A stretch of 64,000 nt of DNA from contig OZ296650.1 in assembly GCA_965655095.1 (NCBI GenBank), positions 99,634,001-99,698,000 of the forward strand. The letters run 5' to 3'. The notes beneath the pieces are model-generated. The model saw only the letters and a program-made list of their open reading frames with translations. It made no database searches and was not told the DNA's origin. How positions within the stretch are numbered: the first letter of the stretch is position 1; each line of letters starts with the position of its first letter. Source of the DNA: Haplodiscus bocki (taxonomy: Eukaryota). The translations under genes were made by a program, and so were the position numbers. Shown in pieces: positions 25,480-36,329 of the stretch.

Positions 25480-26287
25480 TTATTATGAAAGTTTTACCAA
25501 CATCAAAGAACAAACTGTTGAAAATGACAACGGCTTCGTTTAAAAAATTTCTTATGAGTGCGTGGCATGTGTTTGTCTCACATTTGGTTTTATCTTTTTG
25601 ATTATTGCGTTCTTTTCGGTGGTTGGATTTGGTGATTGTATCATTTGCACTACCAATTTATTTATACAAGTCTCATTGGAACTAAAAAAACGGTTGCCTT
25701 ACTAAGATCTCATTTTAAAAGATACTACTTTTCTAGTATAGATATCATGACCATCTAGAAAACAATCTTTATTTTTTATCAGTTCTAATTCAAATTTTGT
25801 CTTTTTAACTTGTTCACCTCTGTCTGCAAAGACTGATCCACTAATTTGCGTCAATTTAGTCTATTGGAAGGAACTCAACAAATGTTTTTTGTACTTTTTC
25901 CCCAAGAGTTTTTTTCGCGATGCTGGGCATTCTGTCCACTCCTCTGTTTTGGTGATTAAAAAGAACTGCCCCTGCACATTATCAAAGATTTGTCCACTCT
26001 TGACAACAACTTTGCCACTGAATCGGTACTTGAAAAATCTATGTCGACAGACCACGTTTTGGTAGTTAAAGAACAATGCCTCCGAATTTTGTACCAACTC
26101 TATATTGTCTCCTAATAAAAAATTGTGATATCTGCAATTGGGTGGGAAGCACATCTTGTCATCGTGATGGGCAATTGAAGTAGTCAACACAATGTTTTTT
26201 TTTCAAATGTGTTTGCATTATATAAGACTGATATTTGAATAAATCGTACAAGAACCGGATATTCTTTGTAGCATTACAGCTGCCATG
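25480..26287 (-). pseudogene. Mav-A accessory gene of unknown function (fragmented)
   Basis: ORF 25861-26190 plus adjoining protein-like frames. No family recognised. Confidence 0.35.
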
Positions 26288-26559
26288 AGGTTGTTGAAAC
26301 ATTTTCTTAACAAATGAAACAGAAAAAAAAGCAAAACGTTAATGTTTTTCGTACAACCCTAGCAAAAGAAGGAAACATCAGGTGACAAAGACCGGGAAAA
26401 GAAATATAATGTTACATTGAGCAAAAAAGCGTAAATAGACAGCAAATTGCAGCTCAAAAAGCAGTCTTTAAATTTCTTTCGCTTAAATGAATCGCTTTTT
26501 GCAGCTGCCAGAATTCAATCTCGAAAACCAGAACCCATTACTAACCCACTATTGTTTCC

Positions 26560-27060
26560 TTGGACAAGCATTTTTGCACGAAGTATAGGGACATTGGCGA
26601 ATGGGAAGACAGATTTGGACGTTTTTCTTGGTCCAAAACTGATTGCAATTACTTGGATGTAAAACTCAAAGTTTTCAAGAAAGATGACAACAAAGAGTTT
26701 CGACTTCTACAAAATCTCACAATGGGAAAGGCGGTGTTCAACCAGTTCATAAGATTGAGGAATCATCTGGTCCTTGTAGCAGAAAACTTTGCTAGTGAAA
26801 AAAACTTATCCCCAGTGCTGATACCAGCACTGTCCAAAGACGTGGATGAACAACTCAAACTAGCTCACAAGGTGGTTGACGTACTGGACCGAGCAAATAA
26901 AGATTTGTGTGACTCTGCTGCGGTAAAGCGTGGACAAGCCAGAAACTTCTTATGCTCAAATTCGAAGTATTGCAAGTTCGACGGAGGATGAGAAGTTTCA
27001 ACAAGTTGAGTATCTGAAATATAGACTTGGAAGAATTTATCTACTTGATGTAATGAATTC
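26560..27060 (+). pseudogene. Mav-A accessory gene, possible PC4-like DNA-binding protein
   Basis: 143-aa ORF with ...YLDVKLKVFKKDDNKEFRLLQNLTMGKAVFNQFIRLRNHL. The pattern is reminiscent of PC4 strands followed by a helix. Confidence 0.4.
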
Positions 27061-28006
27061 TGAATATAATAAAGTTATGGCTAACAAACCAATTTGTAAC
27101 AATCTATAAGAAGTAATTGCTCCTATTTACTCTCTATCATTTTTCTTTGTATTCGTGTTGGGTTGAATTGGAAAGTCGGAGATAGTAGAAACCTTTTCTC
27201 AAGCTAAAATCGAAATTATACCTTTATCATGTTGTACTTTTAACTCCGAAAATTTCTCCTGAAAAAAATACACTAACTGTAGTTGAAATGCAACAATTGC
27301 CAAACAATGAAAAGACGGATTGCGAAGTAGAAATTTCTTGCCTAAAATAGACAAAATATAAGGCTATGAAAAAAGTTTGTTTAAACTTCAACACGGATAC
27401 AGACAATTTGAATTGTATCGTGTACCGTTACTGAAAAAATTTTACCTCGAAGAGAATGAAATTCTTCTGAAAATGACAGATTACCAATTGCTCTTAGCTA
27501 ACGAGTCTATTTGTTGAGCTACAATGACATCTTTTACCAGCGTTGCTTTGTATTGGACGAAATAACTGTTCATAATTGAAACCAACTCCGTCAAAATTGG
27601 ATGATTCCTTTCTAATGAGCATTTTCCGATTGTACACGGGTTTAAAAGTATCACTTGAGCACAATCGTGTTCGCGAAAACCTATTTCTAAGTGCATGTTT
27701 CTTTTGGGATTCTAGGTTTTCTTTACGTGAGAGGAACGAAAAAATTAAAATTGGTTGAAGCATTGGTTCTGGTTAGCCGTTTTTGCAGTATATGTTTTGT
27801 CGCTCCAAAGTATTTAGACTCCATGCAAAACCACATGATGCTGATGGAACAGTGAGCGCAGATAGTGCCAAGGTCCTGGCTACTGTTAAACGATTGGACG
27901 AGGAATAAATTCATGTTTGCTTGATCACGTGACTGGACTACTCTTCTGCCTTTATGTAAAACTCTTTCTACTATTCATTTTCATTTCTGTGGACTTTTGA
28001 ATCAGT

Positions 28007-28453
28007 ATGACTTGCATTTTACTACGTATTGAGCTGACAGATGTAAACGTTATCAAGGAGTTGGGAGTTTTTATTCATGGGAATGTTCAAGGCAACTCCT
28101 TTCGTCCTAAAAAGTACAAACCCAAAAAGCAAGCCTATTGGTGTACAGGAAACTTGCACGGAATTGTCTGGAACAGTGGATGTTTGAACTACAGTGAGCT
28201 TCCCAACATTCTTCCTAGAGACTTAAAGGGTGATTATTTTACAACAGAGCAAAAAATTGCAAGGTTCTTGACAGTTTCGTGGTTAAAGAGGTGGAAACTT
28301 GGATGATCATAGCTGTCCCAAAGTTCAAGAGCTCTTTGATGGAAAAATTTGGTCTTGTTCGAGTTACCCACTCAAACACAAGACCACACTTCACTGCGCA
28401 GAGCCCAATGCAAAAATGATTGGTAAATGGTAGATGCAGCTTTTAAATTTGTA
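28007..28453 (+). pseudogene. DEDD/DnaQ-like exonuclease-type Maverick gene (decayed)
   Basis: ILLRIELTDVNVIKELGVF ... LHGIVWNSGCLNY ... then ENLDDHSCPKV ... TTLHCAE in a shifted frame. Confidence 0.55.
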
Positions 28454-28562
28454 AACATTTTGTATTGTACAATGTTTTCTAAGAATCTACGTAATTAAAT
28501 CATTTAAACCGATCAATCTTTTTTCCGAGATTCCTTATTAAGTAATTGAGCGTATAAGTTAG

Positions 28563-28823
28563 ATGAATGATCGCGAAGATAATGTCACTTTAGACAGAAG
28601 TGTCTTTGACGACAACAATGAAGAGAGAAAAGCTTGGATTTGTTCGGAACAATCCTGTTCAATATCTCTGATCGCCTTTTTGTCCCAACTTTTTGTGTTG
28701 TTGTTGATTATCTTTGCTTGCTTTCGGAGAGTTCACCTTTCAAAAACTTTTGATGAATCAACAGTTTGTGTAGGACATTTGTGTAGTGCAGCTGGATACA
28801 TTTTCCTATCACCAAGACTATAA
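28563..28823 (+). CDS. Small two-hydrophobic-segment membrane protein upstream of the ATPase
   Basis: Intact 86-aa ORF with hydrophobic LIAFLSQLFVLLLIIFACF and VCVGHLCSAAGYIFLSP. Confidence 0.6.
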   Translation: MNDREDNVTLDRSVFDDNNEERKAWICSEQSCSISLIAFLSQLFVLLLIIFACFRRVHLSKTFDESTVCVGHLCSAAGYIFLSPRL

Positions 28824-29480
28824 ATAAGTTAATTCCGCTAAGAAATTGCTTTTTTTGTGATTTTTCGATTCGTCTGGGACGGTAAAATTGCAAGTTATTT
28901 ACAACTGGCTCAAAATTGGAACCTCTCATTTAAGATTTGACAAAATTTACGTTTTTTTCAGCACTTCCACCCACTTTACGATATTATGCAAAAGATGACT
29001 GAAATTTTCGAGCTTGCTCAAGGTGTAAACTTTGAATGTTTAGATTCGTTAAAAAACAACAGTACGACGTCTTTGTTAATCTTTGACGGTTCATAAGAAA
29101 AGACTTCTGAGTCAAAAGCGTTTGTTGGTATCGCTACTGCCGAAACACACCCTGGATTGAGTGCTATTTACATTAAGCACAAACTGTTCCATCAAAGCAA
29201 ACTCAGGCGAGACGCTGAGCTCCAGAACACGCACATTGTTTTTTTTTCAAGTCCCCTTGTGATGTGATGCAAATCAGTACGCTTAGTGCGCAATCTGGAC
29301 TAGGATCAGAGCTAGTTGATTGGTATTGAGACGCAACATCTGTTCTTTACGGTCCTTTATTGATTGACTTGTCATCAAGAACAGACGATCGATTACGTTA
29401 TTGTACAAACACACGATCGATTTTCTGAAAAAATTTTTCCCGGACTGACTGAAGTCGTCAGTTTTTTTGAACGATAAACA
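28820..29480 (+). pseudogene. A32/FtsK-like packaging ATPase (Mav-A)
   Basis: Degenerate Walker A (SSGTVK ~28870), Walker B LLIFDGS (~29073), ATAETH (for ATAGRH) and YIKHKLFHQSK. Confidence 0.8.
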
Positions 29481-30195
29481 CAAAAATTTTTTCTACTATC
29501 CAAGTGTCCCAATCATTTTCCCACAAAAGCAAAAGCTTTTTACTTCAGTCTTGTCCAAAAGAGTTTACCAGGTTCTTCTGCGATTGTATAAAAAATCTTC
29601 CCGAAGGAAACCTGCAAAGCATAAAAAGACATCACGTAACAAAGTCTCCAAACGAAGTTTGATTGCTTTCTTCAACAAGAATCACCTGGAACCAAAGAAA
29701 AGACGTTCTGGCCTCCAAAAGGGGGTTACAACTCATAAAAGTAATTACCCTCCCGTCATTAACCATTTGACTTTGTCTTGATATGGAGCAGTTTGTTCTT
29801 GTCCCTGGTTGTGTTTACAACCACAATCAGACTTTGAACCTTCGGGCAGTTACAAAGCAGGCGCTTCTAAAATATCAAGTTGAACAGAATCCCACGTACC
29901 AAATTGATTCGCTGAAGAAGGAAATAAACAAAGATCTGTTTGCCAAAGCAGACTCTTTAGTGGACAAATTTTGTCTTGTCCTCGTATCAAGCTGTCAAAT
30001 TCGCAGACTTTAATATTGGATAGCGTGACGGCTGGAGTTTTACTGTCAGACTTTGCTCACTAACTCTGTCGTAAGAACGCAGTCATTCCAGACATTTACT
30101 TTGTTTTACTTGACGCTGGTGGTATATCTCCTACTCTGGTTCTGAATTAAAATGCCAAAGCCAAAGGGAGAGGAAAGTGGGTCCGCTTTAAAATA

Positions 30196-31315
30196 TGAAC
30201 ATCAGAAGCTGCAAAGTTTTTAAGCGCAGGGCGGTGCTGCTTATGGGTCTGTACGCAATTCAAAGAAAGCCAGCAACTTTGCAGTATCAAAGGTGAGACA
30301 TTTTTTACATTAAAAACCTTCGTACACAAAGTTTACTCTTGCTACGCGTAACTTCAGGAGAATGAAGGCATTTGCCAGATTCAAAAACGGAATTTGGTGT
30401 ATGCACCCAGCATACGTTGATAATTTAGCCAACGATAATTATTCTGTAAACCATCTACCAGTTCGTCAAGATCTGTTTGAAAGAACTGTAGATGCAAAAG
30501 GAATGAAAACAAAAAAATCCAAAGAAACGCTTCCTGCATTTTTGACTATCATTAAACAAAAAGAAACGACCCGCAGAAGCTTGGGTCGGCAAGGGAACAA
30601 AATTTTCTGGACAGCCTTAAAAAACCTTTGCAAAGCTGCTGTAATGCAAGTTTACTCTACAATGATTCAGACTACGGCTGCCTTTGCTGAACCTAAAAAA
30701 CGATCCTTGAAAATTATACTTTAATCTTACAAGGAAGATTATGGATACAAGTACGTTCACAATTTGTTTCAATTCATCACAACACTGAATTCCGGAAAAA
30801 TTTGCTCGATGGACTTGATACCAAAAAAATGCTGGAGAGTTTAAAAACTATAAAAAGCTGAAGTAATATAAAGTTTGTCTATAATGACTGAGACTAAGGC
30901 TGCATTTGCTGAACGTACGATACTATCCTTGAAAAATATACATTATTGTCACATGTAAGATTTTGGATACAAGTACATTCACAAATTGCATCAATTCTTC
31001 ACAATCCCGAATTCAAGAAAAAAAAGCTCGATAGACTTGATACCAAAAAAAATAAGAATTCCGATTTTCTGTCCATTCTGTATAACAAGCCACTTCCAGG
31101 ATATCGAAAACCCAATTTCAAGATTGAAGACAGAATTCGCATCTCCAAGTAGGACCTACATTTCAGGAAAGGTTATAAGCCACAGTTTACGCGGGAAGTT
31201 TCTGAGATTGGTGATATTTCTCCCAGAAAACCTCCAGCATACACAATAGAGGATGCACAGGATGAGATTATCCGCGTTAAATTATCTCAACAACAGTTGA
31301 TCAAAGTCATTCAAA
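30196..31315 (+). pseudogene. int: Retroviral-like (rve) integrase (Mav-A) with internal duplication
   Basis: GAAYGSV; IWCMHPAYVD (for W.MDL); QDLFERTVDA; KAAFAERTI; C-terminal FKIEDRIRISK...FRKGYKPQFT. Confidence 0.9.
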
Positions 31316-32116
31316 ATGGGACGGTTTACCTTAGAGTTGGTTTCTAATGCGTCTGCGCAACTTTTTCCAGACAAAACACTCAGCTCTTCTACAAATTTTT
31401 TTGCCGGAGCAACAAAATATTGAAAATCATTGGGAGGTTGCAATTTCGGAAATACCTTACCCATCAATGTACCAAAATGACACATGGGAAAGTCTATGTT
31501 TCTTGTTTCAAAAACTTTCAAAGTCTTTTAAATTTAACTGTCTGGAATCCGGTCTTCACCCTTCCGTAACGGATTTTGTTGAAGCCATGAACACTCTCGT
31601 TCAAGAAAGAAGCAATCGCTGCAAAAACTGTATCACAGATAAAGTGTCTCGAAGAACGCAGAAATTGAGATTTTCTTTGCAAATGAAAGATCCGGTCTTG
31701 CATTTTCTAGTACGGACCTGGGACACGTTTTTATGGCAATGTTGGCAACGAAGTTGGAGTGATGTTGAAACGAAAAGGACCTAACAAACCAGAATTTGCT
31801 TACGACATTCTCCGCACTCACTCTCTCATGATATACACGGACCTGACTGAGTACAATACTTATGTTGACACAAAAACTCCCCTACTACGTTGCTCTCCTT
31901 TCATTTTAAAATTAAATGCCAGGGACATTATAACCATTAGACAGTGCATGAAAAATCAGACGTTTAGCAACCCAAAAATTTGACCACTGCTCAAAATTTT
32001 TTTTCATAGTAATCTCATTGACTTGGAACACGAGCGGTAAAACATCGCCCTTTGTTTCTGCAGGTATCACTTGTCTGATTTTGACATTCAAAAAAGCTTC
32101 CAACATTCATTTCTAA
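31316..32116 (+). pseudogene. Minor capsid protein / penton (Mav-A)
   Basis: FTLELVSNASAQLFPDKTLSSSTNF, LPEQ, WEVAISEIPYP, IYTDLTEY...DTKTPLLR. Confidence 0.85.
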
Positions 32117-32134
32117 CCTAAAAGACGTTACAAG

Positions 32135-32503
32135 ATGGTTGCTTCAAGACAAGTAGACATTCCATTCTATAGAGGTTTTGGTCGAAAACCTGGTCGGGGG
32201 TTCGGTGCGCTGGCACAAAATACTGGGAGAACTGCATTTGCATTCTTGCGTAACCATATCGTCCCAGCTGCAAAACGCGTAGGTGCTGATTTGTTGGATT
32301 TTGCTGTGCCATAAATTGCAGATGTTGTTAGTGGGAGAAAAAAATTCAAGACAGCTGCGAAGAGTGTGTGAAGACAAACTATCAGGGATTATATGGGTAG
32401 TGGTAGGAGGAAAAGGCGTGCAAGCAGAATCATGCAAACAGATTTTTCAAAACAAACCACCAGTGGGTCGATAGGTGACTTTTTGACGAACGTTTTTCAA
32501 TAA
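32135..32503 (+). pseudogene. Small basic/amphipathic virion core-type protein (Mav-A)
   Basis: MVASRQVDIPFYRGFGRKPGRGFGALAQ...IVPAAKRVGADLL, located between penton and MCP as is usual in Mavericks. Confidence 0.55.
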
Positions 32504-32505
32504 TC

Positions 32506-33826
32506 ATGTCGAGTGATTCTCATACCAAGTTTTTGTGGCAGTTTCTGGAAAACTTGGAGAAAAATTTCTAATAGTTGGCGATGTCTTTACGTCCCATCAA
32601 CAAAAAATTTATCCTACCACCTTACTTGTTTTATATTGCATTGAGTTTGAATTTCAAACGGATCGGAATTACTACGTTGATTTGAGAGAGAGACGTACTT
32701 GGCTTTGAAACTGAAACTTGTCAAAGGTTGTGGTTACGAACTTACAATAGCAAAGAAGTGAAAAAGGAGCACAAAAAAGAGCGTAAAAGGGATATGGAAA
32801 CGCAGGCGGAGCAAGAGGCTCCAGTTTCTCTCGTTAATCATGTAAACAACAATTTGCACTCAATTTGTTCCAATGTTGAAATGCAAATCAAAAGTCAGCA
32901 AATTCACCAATCAAGTGGACTCTATGCGCACAACTCTTACAATTTCAACAACTTCACCGGAACTATCTCTGAACACAACGGGTTACTGCATTCCGAGGGG
33001 TACGTTTATCAAGAATTTCCTAACGAAATTCTGGAATCGCCTTTTTTCAGAAGGAGAATGAAAATGCTCAGTAGAACCGATAGTTTCATGTATGGTAAAC
33101 TGGGTGCTGACTTTTTCTTTGTTTTTGAATTGCTATATCCAAATTTGAAAGTAATGTTGCGACTAATCAGAGCCAGACCAAATTTTTACATGTTTAGCGA
33201 CAACCGCAACGTTGATCTTGGAGTTGTTGATTGTTCACTTTACATTCGTCGTGTTGCTCTCAGGCATGATTGTCAAAGTGAACGAATGGATATGCTTGCA
33301 TTTGGTCCTATGGAGTTCAACGATGTGTAGGTTCTCGCAAAGACTGTCGTCATTTCCACTAGACAAAACCAGTTAATCCAAGAAAGCATTTTCAACAAAG
33401 CTCCACCTCGTCGGATTACTATTGCAATGAATACAAACTCTGCGTCCACAGGATTGTACACTGAAAATCCATTCTGGTAATATTAATTTGATCTCAGTCA
33501 ACTTAGAATACTCAGAGGAGGTCAACCATTTGTAGACTTTGCTTCTGCTGCCTTTTTGATACGACAATGAAAATTATGACTTTTCAAGATAATATCCCCT
33601 CAATATCAATTGTTGATTTCGAAACCACTATATACGACTGTTGGATTTGATTTCGATGCAAGTTGCTAATGAAAATTGTCGTTACCCAGAAGCAGTCGGA
33701 GAACCACAGAGGCTAGTGCCAAAATTTAGTTTTCCTCCAGAATACGTTACTGAACCTATTGTTTTGGAAGAACGAATGCCTTCGGTGGCAGTTGACAAGT
33801 TTGGGGTTTTTGGAAAAAATATCTAA
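32506..33826 (+). pseudogene. Major capsid protein, double jelly-roll (Mav-A)
   Basis: VNNNLHSICSNVEMQIKSQQI, YGKLGADFF..ELLYPNLKVMLRLIRARPNF and IFNKAPPRRITIAM. Position between penton/core and protease. Confidence 0.85.
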
Positions 33827-33827
33827 A

Positions 33828-34209
33828 ATGGATCATCCTGTCCAGCAAAAAATCAAGCGTATCCTACTACTCAAATATTGGTACCTTGGCTCATTTCCCT
33901 TTGACTAAGTTCCAACTGTCGGTAATGACACTTCTGCCATTATAGATACGCAGCCTAGTAATATGCAGTGTCAGCATTGGATAACGATTGCAAACTCTCG
34001 TAACAAAGTGTATTTTGAAGACTCTCGGTCGACCCTGTTTCCTCAAGCAGCATTACGAAAAGGTGATGCCAGTTCCACTACAATCTCATCCCAGCATTTG
34101 TGGTTTCTACGCGATTTAAGCAACTTTTCATTTCTTCAAGTTCCGATAAGAAGAAATTACTGGAGTTCACGATTTTAATATACTTTCCTTTATAATTAAC
34201 TAAATGTAA
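33828..34209 (+). pseudogene. Adenain-like cysteine protease (Mav-A)
   Basis: GSFP.D, AIIDTQPSNMQCQHW (His), YFEDS (Asp), LQSHPSICGFY (Gln/Cys). Confidence 0.85.
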
Positions 34210-34732
34210 CATTTTTTTCTTTTCAATTTAAACGTGTAGGTTTCACAATGTAATCGTTAATGCTTGTACTCTCTAAATAATTTTCTCAAACTTCTTATAC
34301 AACCTTGTTACATAGCATTCAGTTAAAACAGTATCGTGAAAAAAAGTGATTGACAGCTCCATTTTTTATTCGACCTCCCTCATATAGGTTAATATTTCAT
34401 CTTTTTTGGATAAGTTCAAGGGTAAAAGAGCTAGCGTGGAAAAAAGTGATCAGGCTAAAAACTGATCAATTTCCACATGATGCTCGACCTACTCTGCTTC
34501 CATTCTCAAAATCTCGAATCAAGGGGAGTGTATGATTTCAAAGTTTGAAGGTAGTTAGTCAATCACCTCTACTACGTGTGTGCTAAAATTCATCTAAATT
34601 GAACAATTTTCCGGGTGAAAGAGCTAGCCAGGAAATAACTGGTGAGGCAGATAATCTTTTCACATAGCATTGAGTCACAGCACAATTCCCAGTCGTAATA
34701 TTTAACTGCAGTTGTCGAAAAAAGTCTGAAGT

Positions 34733-35152
34733 CGTCATAACTAGTCCGCTCCGTAATAAATATACGCGGGGCGCTTGAAAAAATTTCACAACGAAAAGGT
34801 GTCACAGTGCCGAAAATGAGCCCATTTCCAATCTTTGACACGGGTCCAAGCCTTTCCTTGACTCGGATCCATACATTGCCGAACTATAGCCTATCATAGT
34901 ACAGTGCATTTTTTGACACATTGCCGAACTATACCGTATCTCAATACCTTGCCTGTCTTAAAACATTACCGAACTATACTCTACTTTGTTACCTTGCCGA
35001 AGCCATACCCTATCTTAATACATTGAGCTGAAAATTACCCTATCTCAAAACAAACGTTGAAGACCCAAATCAGGTTCCAGAGCCTATACCCTATCTTAAT
35101 ACATGGATGGTCTTCAACCACCCCCACGCGATCGGCCCACACTCTGACTACT
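34733..35152 (-). repeat. Mav-A right TIR
   Basis: Imperfect reverse complement of 17011-17437; ends gactact. Confidence 0.9.
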
Positions 35153-36120
35153 GACATCAATACCGATAGTTTTTTCTGGAAAGGTCGGACTGCCTAAATA
35201 TGAAGGGAAAATTTGAAAGAAAGGTTATTCAATTGATTACTTCGGTGTAAATTCAAAGTTTCCGGTTCAAACCTTGACGGAAAATATCAAACCGTTGTTA
35301 GCCAGAAAATTGAGTTCGTTTATCGAGAAGAATCACAGCTAATAGCAGTTTTTAGAAAGATCGTACCTTAATATGCTCTGACAGGATCAAATCTGATGGT
35401 ATTGAAAAAACACTCTGCCTCATAAGTTCAACATAATCCATTGAGACCTTGATGGAAAAAATCAACCCGGTGGTTATGGAAAGAGAAATTTTCGAAAAAC
35501 GAAGTCTTCCTAAGCTAATGGCCTTTTTGGCATCTTCAAGCCATCAAGCATGTAAGCTTGGAACAAAATCAACGTTTTCCAGTGGAATCCCCCTCAACAA
35601 TTATAATGTTTTCAATTGCGATTTTGATGACACAAATGATTTTTGTATTTTTCGAGGAAAGTGAGTTCAGGATTCCAGGGAAATAAGAGACTAAGTGCTT
35701 TTTTGGCATTGCCTCATGGTGGGGATCGAAGAACAGTTTCTGCCAGGAGAACTGTGTTCAAGTAAAATTGTGTTGTTAAACGCCGAGAAACGTGGAGAGC
35801 GGAAAAGGAGCGCTACCAGGAGGCTGACTTGAAAATTCGAAACTTTACATTTATAGTCGAACTTTTCAACAAAGTTATAGAATGTTCCGGACTCCTCAAG
35901 GAGATGGAAAAAAGTTTCGATTTCTTCCGAAAAAATGCCACAAAACGATTTGTGTCAATTGCACCGGAAAACGGATGAAGTTTTCGAAAGAACCTTATTT
36001 AGCAATAACCCTCAATTTTGTCAGAAGAATGAACTTTTGCCATTAATAAGTCAGAAGCTGTACAAGAGTATGTGAAAAATTGCAAAATTATTTCGGAAAG
36101 AGCGCCGGTCGTCAGCTACT
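35153..36120. repeat. ~175-bp array copy C, right part, and terminal block
   Basis: The monomer resumes in register after the TSD (gcgagacatc|aataccgatagttttttt...tcggact). The terminal block resembles 2400-2830. Confidence 0.75.
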
Positions 36121-36329
36121 TAAACGCAATGGCACACCACATCAGTAATATGCAACCCGCCAACGACCCCGCAGACTTACTATGCGTCGGTTGAAAATGG
36201 GAGAAAGATTGAAACTCCGACATGAAAAATTACCATGTGAAAATTTCTTTCGACGGAAAAGAAAAAAACGCCAGCTCCATTAGTTTTCTTTAAACAGAAG
36301 TGTTGAACGCAACTCTTCATCTAAAAATC

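Larger units (their letters stand above)
17011..35152. mobile_element. Polinton/Maverick element Mav-A (18.1 kb, decayed, full length)
   Basis: Termini AGTAGT...ACTACT, ~430-bp imperfect TIRs and exact 6-bp TSD GACATC (17005-17010, 35153-35158). Carries pPolB, ATPase, integrase, penton, MCP and protease remnants. Confidence 0.95.
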
